A DNA stretch of 64,000 bases from contig JBNJDG010000002.1 of the NCBI GenBank assembly GCA_051819665.1, positions 2,439-66,438 of the forward strand, read 5' to 3'. Numbering within the stretch: position 1 is the stretch's first letter; each line of letters begins with the position of its first letter. The translations under genes and the position numbers were made by a program. Under the pieces are notes generated by a model that saw only the letters and a list, made by a program, of their open reading frames with translations, was not told the origin of the DNA and searched no databases. Source of the stretch: Nanobdellota archaeon. GTDB taxonomy: Archaea > Nanobdellota > Nanobdellia > Woesearchaeales > CAZZGN01. This document shows positions 18,528-27,294 of this stretch, one piece after another.

Positions 18528-19732
18528 AGAGAGAGACGATTGTCTATGCTGTGAAAAACCTGCTCAGCAGGAGACTGAGGAGCTGGCTTACCGTTCTCTC
18601 TATACTTATAGGTATAATGGCCATCTTCGCCCTTGTAAGCTTCGGCGTCGGTGTCCAGAATTATGTGGATACTCTCTCCGAGGACATGGGCACGGACAAG
18701 CTGATAATCCAGCCCAAGGCATTCACCGCACCTGGAGAATCCTCAATCTCATTCGATGATTCAGATCTTGATGCTATAGAGAGAACAAGAGGCATAAATA
18801 TTGCTGCCCCTGTTATCACGAGGAACACTGAAGTCAAAGAGGACAGGGACGAGCTCGGTAACTGGGCCTATATAAATGGTGCCCCCACGACGGGCGAGGA
18901 ACAGGGTCTGCTTAAGGACACATTCATGCTGGACATAGAAGAAGGCCGCGATCTGAGAAGGAACGATAAGTACAAAGCGGTCCTTGGTTATAATTACAAG
19001 AAAGAGAAGGAGATCTTCGACAGGCCTCTCAAGCTTCACCAGAAAGTATACATAGAAGGCAAGGGTTTCAGGATAGTCGGTTTCTATGATAAACTGGGAA
19101 ACCCGCAGGATGACAGTAATGTATATATCCCTATGGATACCGCAAAGGAGATATTCGACACTGAGGATTACGACAACATAATGGCCGAAGCATCCATGAA
19201 GCCTGAAGAAGTGGTTGACAAGGTGAACAGGGAACTGAGGAATGAAAGAGGGCTTGATGAGGGAGATGAGGATTTCTATGTCCAGACATTCGAGGATGCG
19301 GTCGCCACATTCACTAATACTATCAACATACTCAACGGAGTATTGATCCTTATAGCACTTATCTCTGTTGTAGTGAGTGCTGTGAACATAGCAAATGCCA
19401 TGTATACTTCCGTACTTGAAAGGACTAGGGAGATAGGTGTTATGAAGGCAATAGGAGCTACAAGGACCAATATCCAGAACATGTTCCTCGTGGAATCAGG
19501 CCTTCTGGGGCTTGCCGGCGGAACAATAGGGATAATTGCAGGATATTTCGTAGCAAGGGCAGGAGGATATTATGCTGCACAGGCCGGTTACTCGCTTCTC
19601 CAGCCCACTTTTCCTCTCTGGCTCATAATAAGCTGCCTGGCATTCTCATTCATTGTTGGGATGATCTCCGGATATTTCCCCGCAAAGCAGGCAAGCAGGA
19701 TGAGGCCGGTAGATGCATTAAGGTATGAATGA
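18524..19732 (+). CDS. ABC transporter permease, FtsX/MacB-like (second copy)
   Basis: Same architecture as 17307..18527 (..TREIGVMKAIGATRTNI..). Confidence 0.8.
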   Translation: MKRETIVYAVKNLLSRRLRSWLTVLSILIGIMAIFALVSFGVGVQNYVDTLSEDMGTDKLIIQPKAFTAPGESSISFDDSDLDAIERTRGINIAAPVITRNTEVKEDRDELGNWAYINGAPTTGEEQGLLKDTFMLDIEEGRDLRRNDKYKAVLGYNYKKEKEIFDRPLKLHQKVYIEGKGFRIVGFYDKLGNPQDDSNVYIPMDTAKEIFDTEDYDNIMAEASMKPEEVVDKVNRELRNERGLDEGDEDFYVQTFEDAVATFTNTINILNGVLILIALISVVVSAVNIANAMYTSVLERTREIGVMKAIGATRTNIQNMFLVESGLLGLAGGTIGIIAGYFVARAGGYYAAQAGYSLLQPTFPLWLIISCLAFSFIVGMISGYFPAKQASRMRPVDALRYE

Positions 19733-20674
19733 GTTGAACATCACTGCTACAACGATTATCTGAGGAACTGTCACAGCCGGGAGCCAGAGAGCTGTCTTCT
19801 TACCGATGTTCGTCCAGATGAGTCCTATCTCAGTGTAGTCAGTAGCAACGCCTGCCATGAGGAAGACGAAAGGATTGCCCAGTTTTGCAGTGTTCCTGAA
19901 TATCTCGAAGGCTATGGGTGCAGAACCTTCACTGCAGACCTCGATTATCGTAGCAAAGGCAAGGGTTATCAAAATCCCACCTATGCCGGGACCGAGGTAA
20001 TTGATGAAGAATTCCTGAGGTACATAAGCGCCTACGAGAGCAGAGGCCATTATACCGATAAGGATCCACCACAGCACCATGTTTGCAAGAGAGACACTTC
20101 CCCTCATTACTGCCCTGAAACTCGGTTTCGGCTTATCAGCCTTCGTATCATCACCTTTCTCAGGGGAACTCTCGATCAACCCTTTCTTCTCAAGTAATAC
20201 AAAGATATAACCGGTAATCACAGCTATGACCATGGCTGCGAGAACGAAGAGGATTGCGTGCCAGCCGAAGAACCCGAAGAGCATTATCGTTACAGGAAGG
20301 TTAGCCCACGGACTCGCGAGAAGGAATGTTATGACAGAAGGTATGCTCGCACCCTTCTTATGGAGCTGTATCGCTAACGCAAGGATACCGTGAGAGCATG
20401 CTGATAATAAGAAACCTGCAATCACTGCCTTGAATATCGAATTACTGCCTGAAAGATGCTTGTAGATGAAAGACCTCGGGACGAAGGTATCTATAAGTCC
20501 TCCTATCAATAAACCGAGAAGTATCGCCCACCATATCTTACCAAGGTAGACCATCAATGACTCATACAATGTGGGAAGAAATAAAGATGCCGCGAAGAAA
20601 GCCAGAAAAATTATAGAGGTTATCTTAAGATTCCTTCCTATCGTTATCCTCTTAGGTGTATTACAGCATTCCAT
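19718..20674 (-). CDS. Predicted permease (multi-TM, DUF318/ArsP-like)
   Basis: 8-9 TM helices with CSEGSAP and CSHG motifs. Confidence 0.45.
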   Translation of the reverse strand: MECCNTPKRITIGRNLKITSIIFLAFFAASLFLPTLYESLMVYLGKIWWAILLGLLIGGLIDTFVPRSFIYKHLSGSNSIFKAVIAGFLLSACSHGILALAIQLHKKGASIPSVITFLLASPWANLPVTIMLFGFFGWHAILFVLAAMVIAVITGYIFVLLEKKGLIESSPEKGDDTKADKPKPSFRAVMRGSVSLANMVLWWILIGIMASALVGAYVPQEFFINYLGPGIGGILITLAFATIIEVCSEGSAPIAFEIFRNTAKLGNPFVFLMAGVATDYTEIGLIWTNIGKKTALWLPAVTVPQIIVVAVMFNSFIP

Positions 20675-20745
20675 TAACTATTGTGAATCAAACAGGTTTT
20701 TTATAACATTTATGAAAGATTCATACAGGAAGAAATGCCTTATGT

Positions 20746-21384
20746 TTATCTCTCATAGAACTCATTCACGAACCTCTTCTCAGAGGCCTTCGTCTTGAAG
20801 AAGAAACCATAGAGGACCACAACGAAATTGAGGATCGAATGGGATAAAGAGAGGAGTATTGTATTCGGATGAAGGATGTACATATAACTGAAACATACTC
20901 CACCGATGAAAGCAATGAACAGGCCGAGGAAACGCTCCGAATAAATTGTGTGAAGGATCATGAACAGGAGTGCATTGGCGAGTATGACCCAATAAGCATG
21001 AGGCAGGATAACACCGAGCTTTGGTATCAGGAAGCCCCTGTAGAGTATCTCCTGCCAGAAGCTTAAAGGTATGAACAGGAATAAGAGATGCGTCCTCTTC
21101 TCCGGCTTGGGGTCAGCCTTCCTCCCTGAAAGCCTCGCCACATAAACCGTGATCATCGTAGCTATTAGCGTGAAAAGGAAATAAGGATAGACATTCTCAG
21201 AGAGATTATCCGTCCTCAGACCCAGATCTGCAAGGCCCGTACCATCATATATTATAACGGCCAGAGATAGGAGGGACACGACCAGAAGAAGCTTGAACCT
21301 ATGCCTGTAATGGATCACCTTATAATAAAGAAGCAGGACAGGGATCACAAAAAGCACCAGTATCTCAAGCGCAGTCAGTAGCAT
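20746..21384 (-). CDS. CPBP-family intramembrane metalloprotease (CAAX protease/Abi-like)
   Basis: Motifs WQEILYRGFL (EExxxR), FMILHTIY (FxxxH) and SHSILN (HxxxN). Confidence 0.65.
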   Translation of the reverse strand: MLLTALEILVLFVIPVLLLYYKVIHYRHRFKLLLVVSLLSLAVIIYDGTGLADLGLRTDNLSENVYPYFLFTLIATMITVYVARLSGRKADPKPEKRTHLLFLFIPLSFWQEILYRGFLIPKLGVILPHAYWVILANALLFMILHTIYSERFLGLFIAFIGGVCFSYMYILHPNTILLSLSHSILNFVVVLYGFFFKTKASEKRFVNEFYER

Positions 21385-21404
21385 TTTATCCTACTTAATC
21401 AAGC

Positions 21405-22352
21405 TTATTTATAAAACTTGTCTACATATTTGTGCATCTTATGTGCAGTTTCCTCATCATACTGAGAGAAGTCTATCTCCGGCGGATTTCTGAGTACTGA
21501 CCTGAATTTCCTGCCCATATTCTCCATCGCCTCGTATATGCGGTCTGCTTTGCCTGTAGACATTACCCTCCATACGGGGAACTTCGTGATATTATTGGGT
21601 CCGGCCTTAAGAATCCTCTCGAGATAATCGAGCCTGGAGGTCCAGACGCCTGCGACAATATGGATCTTAGGGAAAGCTATCCTTGTCTTGGCGATCCACC
21701 AGAGGAAATCTTCTATTGCGGGGCCTTCTGTAAAGATTGTTCCTTTTATCGGGTTAAGGGCATAGATGACTACCTTATCTACCTTGTATCTTTCGATGAA
21801 GTTCCTGTATTCTTCAAAATCCTCCCTGGTCTCACCTAAGCCTATGATGATAGTCATGGCTTTCTTAAGACCAAGCTCATCAAGGTTTTCGAACATCTCC
21901 TCTATCGGTTCGAGAGGTTTAGAGGGGCAGAGCTCATCATGGAGCTCCTTATTGACTGTCTCAACACTTCCGGTTACACCTTCAATATAAGGCCTGAATT
22001 CTCTCAGTTTCTCTTTAGGTATAAGGCCTATGTTAAGCCATTGTTTCCTTCCAGTTATGCTGTAGATGTTCTTTATGAGCCCAAGGATCTGGTCATGATC
22101 GTAAGCACCATAACCTCCTGAAAGAAAACCGATAGGCCAGTCATATGCTCTGCATATAGCAGCTTCCGCATAGATGGAAGAAGCTTTCCTTCTGGATAAT
22201 CTGCTCGTATTCTGCGTGGACATGTAACAGAACTTACAATCTCCCCTGTCACAGTGCCAGCTGATGAAGATAGCCCTCTCGAAATAAGTTTCGTTAGAGA
22301 AATTCTCCCTGTATACTCTATCCGCTTCCTCAAGGAGCCTGTCCATAAGCAA
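21405..22352 (-). CDS. Radical-SAM-like (BioB/ThiH/HydE-fold) protein with noncanonical CX4CX2C cluster motif
   Basis: HCDRGDCKFCYM, followed about 45 aa later by a Gly-rich FLSGGYG and then VETVNKEL. Length is 315 aa. Confidence 0.4.
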   Translation of the reverse strand: MLMDRLLEEADRVYRENFSNETYFERAIFISWHCDRGDCKFCYMSTQNTSRLSRRKASSIYAEAAICRAYDWPIGFLSGGYGAYDHDQILGLIKNIYSITGRKQWLNIGLIPKEKLREFRPYIEGVTGSVETVNKELHDELCPSKPLEPIEEMFENLDELGLKKAMTIIIGLGETREDFEEYRNFIERYKVDKVVIYALNPIKGTIFTEGPAIEDFLWWIAKTRIAFPKIHIVAGVWTSRLDYLERILKAGPNNITKFPVWRVMSTGKADRIYEAMENMGRKFRSVLRNPPEIDFSQYDEETAHKMHKYVDKFYK

Positions 22353-22427
22353 AGGGTTCCTGTGTGTTTATTTAAATCTTGGGAAAAACAGATAATTTTA
22401 TATAAAATACCTATCTCCAAGAGCTCT

Positions 22428-22586
22428 ATGAAATGCAAAATCTGCGGTGGTAGGATCGAGGAGAACTTTCTCAAGAAGCCCATGGGCACCCATATCAAGG
22501 ATGAAAAGGGAAAGATGCATCTCATCTGCAGGGAATGCCAGCAGAAGCTCGAGAACAAGAAAGAGAAGATCCTTGAGAATCTTTAG
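22428..22586 (+). CDS. Small zinc-ribbon protein (52 aa)
   Basis: MKCKICGG..x26..CRECQQK gives two CxxC pairs. Confidence 0.3.
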   Translation: MKCKICGGRIEENFLKKPMGTHIKDEKGKMHLICRECQQKLENKKEKILENL

Positions 22587-22662
22587 GCCCCCTTGGCTTA
22601 GCGGCTAAAGCGGTTGCCTCGTAAGCAACAGATCCCGGGTTCAAGTCCCGGAGGGGGCTCCA
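22587..22662 (+). tRNA. tRNA-Thr (anticodon CGU) with genomically encoded 3' CCA
   Basis: Cloverleaf folded by hand: acceptor GCCCCCT/AGGGGGC, D-stem GCTT/AAGC, anticodon stem GTTGC/GCAAC with loop CTCGTAA, T-arm CCGGG-TTCAAGT-CCCGG, discriminator T, then CCA. Confidence 0.8.
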
Positions 22663-22799
22663 TATATCTTATTCTGTATTAATAAAACAAAATGCTTATA
22701 TACTTGCTTAACATTCTAAACATTCTCTACAAGAGGACACACATGCCCCTGACTACATAAACAGAATTCTATGTGTGTGAAAAAAAGGAGGCATAAAAC

Positions 22800-23471
22800 A
22801 TGAAAAATCTACCCAGATTAGGAGTTATTGGTATTGCTATTGCCCTGAGCTTGGTTCTTGCTCTGGGCGTTTCTGCACAAGGCAACGGTAAGGACAAGGA
22901 TTGTGCAACTATCCAGAGCGGAGAGATCGAATATAGTGACGGCCACTACCTGAATACTGTTGATGCAGGATACGACGATTTTGGATACAACTACCAGGCA
23001 CATATGTTTAAAGGAAGTTATGCTAATGCATACCTCGGCAGTGATGGATTCCCGCCATACGAGGGAGATGACGAAGCATATCTGGAGGAGTATCCGGAAG
23101 CAGAAGATAAATGGTATTGGGATTCAAGAGACACCAAACTGATAATGAAATGGAACGATGCATGGCTTTCCAATAAAGACTGTGACGGAGACGGAAAATT
23201 AGACAGACACTATGGCCATGACAGCTACATCGATTCAGGAGCTTGGTTAACCAACCATATGATGGGGGGTCAGGGTAAAGATAAATGGACCTACTTCAGC
23301 AAGATCGTCGCTGTCCCGGAAGATGCATATCAAGAAAACGGTGCCTGGTACACCGCTGATGGAAAAGAGATCGGTCCTTCGATATGGAGCTCATTCGCTA
23401 AAGTACAGACTGTAGAAAGCGGCGAAGGAGCTACTTATGTTAGCCCTTCCGATCCCGGACTAGGAAAATAA
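22800..23471 (+). CDS. Secreted acidic protein, hypothetical
   Basis: Good SD (AAGGAGG) 10 nt upstream. Signal peptide LGVIGIAIALSLVLALGVSA. No known motif. Confidence 0.5.
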   Translation: MKNLPRLGVIGIAIALSLVLALGVSAQGNGKDKDCATIQSGEIEYSDGHYLNTVDAGYDDFGYNYQAHMFKGSYANAYLGSDGFPPYEGDDEAYLEEYPEAEDKWYWDSRDTKLIMKWNDAWLSNKDCDGDGKLDRHYGHDSYIDSGAWLTNHMMGGQGKDKWTYFSKIVAVPEDAYQENGAWYTADGKEIGPSIWSSFAKVQTVESGEGATYVSPSDPGLGK

Positions 23472-23508
23472 ACAATTTTCTTTCTTTTTTTATTAAGAGG
23501 ACTTCATA

Positions 23509-24057
23509 TTATTGTTTATATTTGGTGGTTTTATAGATAGGAGTGTTGATCTCTCTTTTCAATATCTTATCTTTTTCCTCTGCCCTAACTTTTATTGAAT
23601 CCCCCGCATTATCCACTTTTTCCTTATACTCGGGAGGTAAGCCTGAGTAACCCAGTACAGGTATCATGCCATCAACTATCCTGTTCAGATTATACTTCTC
23701 CTGTCTCTCCACTACATCATGATGGTTTATATAGTCATGTGCTACTGCACCTGCGATGTTCCGTTTCTGCCCGGATGTAAGATTCCCTAATCCCTTCTCC
23801 TCCACCTTATCAAGGAGCTTATCGAGATCAGAATTATACCCTATCCTTTTACCGTTCTCATCAAAACCATGGGCATCCATACCCGGAAAGACATTCACTT
23901 CATGCCCTTCATCCACCAAAGGTTTCTCTTTAGAAACATAAGGAATATCCTCTGTTTCACCAGTGGCTTTGTTACCCTTGACTTCTCCCTTATTGGCAAA
24001 GATCCTTACATAGGGATCAGATCTTCCATAGATATGCACCGTATGTTTTCCTTCCAT
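23509..24057 (-). CDS. Hypothetical protein
   Basis: 182-aa ORF with no recognisable motif. Confidence 0.35.
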   Translation of the reverse strand: MEGKHTVHIYGRSDPYVRIFANKGEVKGNKATGETEDIPYVSKEKPLVDEGHEVNVFPGMDAHGFDENGKRIGYNSDLDKLLDKVEEKGLGNLTSGQKRNIAGAVAHDYINHHDVVERQEKYNLNRIVDGMIPVLGYSGLPPEYKEKVDNAGDSIKVRAEEKDKILKREINTPIYKTTKYKQ

Positions 24058-24204
24058 GATATCACCGATGACAATCTCTCCCGGTATAGCTACTATAAAA
24101 ATGTTTCTTTTTAATGTTACTGGCCAGTAATTAACACTGAAGAAGGCATTTAGACGAACTTTATTATTCCAACAAGATTGCTGTAAAGAAAGAGAATGAA
24201 AGGA

Positions 24205-24711
24205 TCATTTATAGCCATAATATCCGAACAGTTTATCACTATGCCAGTCGAGGCAGTCTTCTCGCTTAAATCCCAGCTTCTCTGCTGTAGAGAATATCTT
24301 CTCCTTATCATCACCCTCTATCTCAAGGAAAGTAGGTATTCCCGGATAGGTGTCAATGTCTATCCTGGCCTTATCAAGGATGAGACTCGTCCTGTACTTC
24401 TTCTTCTCCCTTGTCAACTCTAAGCCAAGGCCCTTGAAGATCTCATCCATGTCTCCTTCAACAATGACTTCAGTCTCCTCTCTCTCCTTTACTCCCTCTG
24501 TAGGCAGTTTCTTCTTGAAGGTCAATACAGAACGATCAGTGAACTTCCTCAGCCTCAATGTCTTGCCCTCTTTCTTCAGGAGACGAGAGGGATAATCAAA
24601 ATACTTTGTGAATAAATCCCCGTCATATACCTTCTCAGCCCCTAAACGCTTAAGTTCAGAAACAACCTTGTCCTTATCTATCTCCAATATCTTGACTTCC
24701 CTTTCAATCAT
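24205..24711 (-). CDS. CYTH-domain (triphosphate tunnel metalloenzyme) protein
   Basis: N-terminal EREVKILEID (ExExK) and alternating charged beta-strands. Length is 168 aa. Confidence 0.55.
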   Translation of the reverse strand: MIEREVKILEIDKDKVVSELKRLGAEKVYDGDLFTKYFDYPSRLLKKEGKTLRLRKFTDRSVLTFKKKLPTEGVKEREETEVIVEGDMDEIFKGLGLELTREKKKYRTSLILDKARIDIDTYPGIPTFLEIEGDDKEKIFSTAEKLGFKREDCLDWHSDKLFGYYGYK

Positions 24712-24712
24712 C

Positions 24713-25702
24713 CTACCACGACCTTATAAAATCTGTAACAAAATCCTCCGGATCATAATCGCTGAACAACAAAGAATAGATCATATCGAGGATAGGCGTA
24801 TCTATATCATTCGCCAGCCTATACACTACCCCTGCTGTCTGGTAACCCTCGACGGATTTCTTCTCCTGCTTTAACTTATCATATGCTTCCTCAACAGACA
24901 GGCCGCTACCTATTAGCTCGCCGAATCTCCTGTTCCTCGAAGCGCCGAAACAACTAGTCATAAGATCACCGAACCAGGACTGGCTTCCGGGATCATAAGT
25001 GAACGGCTTCGCTCCGAGGTGGACTGCCAGTCTCTTCACCTCCCTCGCAGCCGCAGAGACGAAAGCTGATTTTGAGCTTTCACCGTTCTCTCTTCCATCA
25101 AAGACACCTGCGCCTATGGCTATTACGTTCTTGAAAGCTCCGGCAAGCTCCACGCCTTTAAGATCGGAGGTGGTTTCGAGCCTGAATCTATCATTATGGA
25201 GCATCCTGGCCACTTCCTTCGCAACCTCACGGTTCTCAGATGCAAGGTCCGCACATAATGGATTACCCCTTGTGACTTCCCTGGCTATCATCCCGCCGGA
25301 AAGGCTGCATATATGATGTTCTTTCCCTATCACTTGTCTTATTATAGCTGAAGCTCTCATATCAGTCTCAGGCTCAAGACCCTTGACCAGGCTCAGGAAT
25401 ACTGCATCCTTGCTTACGTGGCCTTTAAGGCCTTCAAGAGCTCTCCTAAGGTGCCTGGAGGGAACAGCTATCACTATCAGGCCGGCATCCTCTGCCTCCG
25501 AAATGTCATTTGAAGCTCTGACATTCTCTCCCAGAGAGACATTGCCATGGAAATAAGGATGTGTTCTCTTCTCTGAAATATGCTTTATTGAGCTGCTGTC
25601 CACATCATACAAAGTGAAGCTCTTTTGCGGATTATTATCCGAGATCAGCTTTGCGAAGGCAAAACCGAAAGCACCGGCTCCGATGATCGTTATCTTCTCC
25701 AT
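24713..25702 (-). CDS. gpsA: NAD(P)H-dependent glycerol-3-phosphate dehydrogenase, bacterial GpsA type
   Basis: ITIIGAGAFGFAFA Rossmann motif, GAFKNVIAIGAG, SRNRRFG and VEGY, all characteristic of GpsA. Confidence 0.8.
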   Translation of the reverse strand: MEKITIIGAGAFGFAFAKLISDNNPQKSFTLYDVDSSSIKHISEKRTHPYFHGNVSLGENVRASNDISEAEDAGLIVIAVPSRHLRRALEGLKGHVSKDAVFLSLVKGLEPETDMRASAIIRQVIGKEHHICSLSGGMIAREVTRGNPLCADLASENREVAKEVARMLHNDRFRLETTSDLKGVELAGAFKNVIAIGAGVFDGRENGESSKSAFVSAAAREVKRLAVHLGAKPFTYDPGSQSWFGDLMTSCFGASRNRRFGELIGSGLSVEEAYDKLKQEKKSVEGYQTAGVVYRLANDIDTPILDMIYSLLFSDYDPEDFVTDFIRSW

Positions 25703-25741
25703 AGAATCAGGGCAAAGTCAAAGATATTTATATTTTGGGTA

Positions 25742-25813
25742 TGCGGCGGCCGGGATTCGAACCCGGATCCCAGCGTTGGCAACGCTGTATACTAACCATT
25801 ATATTACCACCGC
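25742..25813 (-). tRNA. tRNA-Gly (anticodon GCC)
   Basis: The reverse complement folds as acceptor GCGGTGG/CCGCCGC, anticodon loop TTGCCAA and T-arm GGGTTCGAATCCC. No encoded CCA. Confidence 0.8.
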
Positions 25814-25853
25814 TTCTTCCCTTATGAATATGGCAGCTATTATTTAAGTTTAA

Positions 25854-25926
25854 TGGGCCCACCCGGATTTGAACCGGGGATCAATGCCTTGTAAGGGCAC
25901 TGTCATAGCCACTAGACCATGGGCCC
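25854..25926 (-). tRNA. tRNA-Val (anticodon UAC)
   Basis: The reverse complement folds as acceptor GGGCCCA/TGGGCCC, anticodon loop CTTACAA and T-arm CCGGTTCAAATCCGG. Confidence 0.8.
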
Positions 25927-26034
25927 GTGCTTATCGTGAGAATCAACAATTCTTATTTAAAGGTTATGGTTTCTGTTTGTTCACCACTATTGAGATACAA
26001 AAATTTATATATTAGGAAGCACGCCTCCAGGATT

Positions 26035-26742
26035 ATGGACGGGAAAGAATTCAGGAGACACCTGCACGGGTTGAGAGGAACTATCGGCCAGATGTATGAA
26101 TATCTGAGAGAAAAGCCTGGAATAAATCAGGAAGACATAGAAAGGATCAGGGATATAGCCAGCTTCGTAAGAGAATATCATGACCGCTTTAAACAAGGAG
26201 AGAATCTTGAAGGATCCGAACATAAGGATTTTGAAAAAAAGGTAAGAGAGGTTCCTGTAATACTTGAAAAGAACGGCATTAAACAGATTGCGGAAATGAT
26301 GTATAAGGATATAGGAGATATTTTCTCTCATGACAACTCAGAAGATTACACCCCTGTAAGCGATATATCAGATAAGGCAGAATATCTGGGAGATAAAGCC
26401 TTTGCTAGAACAGAGATCAGAGGATCAGATAAATATACAAACATGAACAACTCCGATATAAGCACTGTCATGAACAATCTCGAAAGCAACCTGAGAAAGT
26501 ACGGAAAAGACATAAGCATAAAGGCCCATGAGGTTCAGGATCCTTACGATGACCAGGACATATACAGGATCAAGGTAAGGAACAAGAAAAAGGAAAATCC
26601 CGCCGCAGACAGTACAAAATCAGGCAACATCGATACGAAAGAGATCATGGAGAAGTATGGCGGCGAGGTCAAATTTAAAGAAGGGAAGGATTATTACGTG
26701 ACGATTCTAAAATTCCCTGTAGGAAATTATAGTAAGTTTTAA
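26035..26742 (+). CDS. Hypothetical cytoplasmic protein; C-terminus faintly resembles a histidine-kinase ATPase (HATPase_c) G2/tail
   Basis: The listed ORF starts at 25927. An internal M (MDGKEFRRHL) is the more likely start. The C-terminal ..IMEKYGGEVKFKEGKDYYVTILKFP is only a weak resemblance. Confidence 0.35.
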   Translation: MDGKEFRRHLHGLRGTIGQMYEYLREKPGINQEDIERIRDIASFVREYHDRFKQGENLEGSEHKDFEKKVREVPVILEKNGIKQIAEMMYKDIGDIFSHDNSEDYTPVSDISDKAEYLGDKAFARTEIRGSDKYTNMNNSDISTVMNNLESNLRKYGKDISIKAHEVQDPYDDQDIYRIKVRNKKKENPAADSTKSGNIDTKEIMEKYGGEVKFKEGKDYYVTILKFPVGNYSKF

Positions 26743-26772
26743 ATATGACTCTTTGCTCCAGAGGGCATTAAT

Positions 26773-26871
26773 GAGCCAGTAGCTCAGTCTGGTTGGAGCG
26801 CTGTTCTTATATGGAAGCGTTTCGTTCACTAAGTAAAGCAGTGGTCGGGGGTTCAAATCCCCCCTGGCTCA
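26773..26871 (+). tRNA. Intron-containing tRNA, apparent anticodon UAU (tRNA-Ile reading AUA); 24-nt intron at the canonical 37/38 position (26812..26835)
   Basis: Hand fold: acceptor GAGCCAG/CTGGCTC, D-arm GCTC-AGTCTGGTTG-GAGC, anticodon stem CTGTT/AGCAG (one G-U), loop CUUAUA|A interrupted by the intron, T-arm GGGGG-TTCAAAT-CCCCC, discriminator A, no CCA. Confidence 0.55.
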
Positions 26872-27058
26872 CCTTTTGATAAAAAAGGAAGCCCTCTGAA
26901 GAGGGCATTCACTGGACTGAGCGTCTACCACTTTCTCTTTTACTTTTTGAACTTCAAAAAATAGTTAAATTTAAAAATAGCTGTAAAATACCTTAGGAAA
27001 TCAGCTGTTATTTCAGTTGACACGCAAAGTGTGGTTTCGCTACCGCTAAACCAAAAAA

Positions 27059-27133
27059 GCCCCGGTGGTGTAGTCCGGCCAATCATCTCAGATTTTCGAT
27101 CTGAGGACTCGGGTTCAAATCCCGGCCGGGGCA
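27059..27133 (+). tRNA. tRNA-Glu (anticodon UUC)
   Basis: Acceptor GCCCCGG/CCGGGGC, anticodon stem TCAGA/TCTGA with loop TTTTCGA, T-arm TCGGG-TTCAAAT-CCCGG, discriminator A. Confidence 0.8.
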
Positions 27134-27143
27134 TTAGTCCCAT

Positions 27144-27164
27144 TATGCTGCCTTGCGCAGCATA
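27144..27164. other. Perfect 8-bp-stem hairpin (TATGCTGC-cttgc-GCAGCATA) 10 nt downstream of tRNA-Glu
   Basis: Inverted repeat read directly from the sequence. Possible processing or termination structure. Confidence 0.5.
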
Positions 27165-27204
27165 TAGTACACTGGTTGATATAGGCTGAAGTGCCTTATG
27201 TGGG

Positions 27205-27221
27205 AATCCCGGCCGGGCATT
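27205..27221. repeat. 17-nt direct repeat of the tRNA-Glu 3' end (AATCCCGGCCGGGCATT vs 27118..27135)
   Basis: 17/18 identity with the T-arm/acceptor 3' portion of the tRNA, 70 nt downstream of the gene. Confidence 0.6.
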
Positions 27222-27294
27222 CTTTCTCTTGAAAATCACTGTTAAGTAGTGAAAAATAGAAAATCTTATAAAAAGCCCCAAACACCCGACAGTT

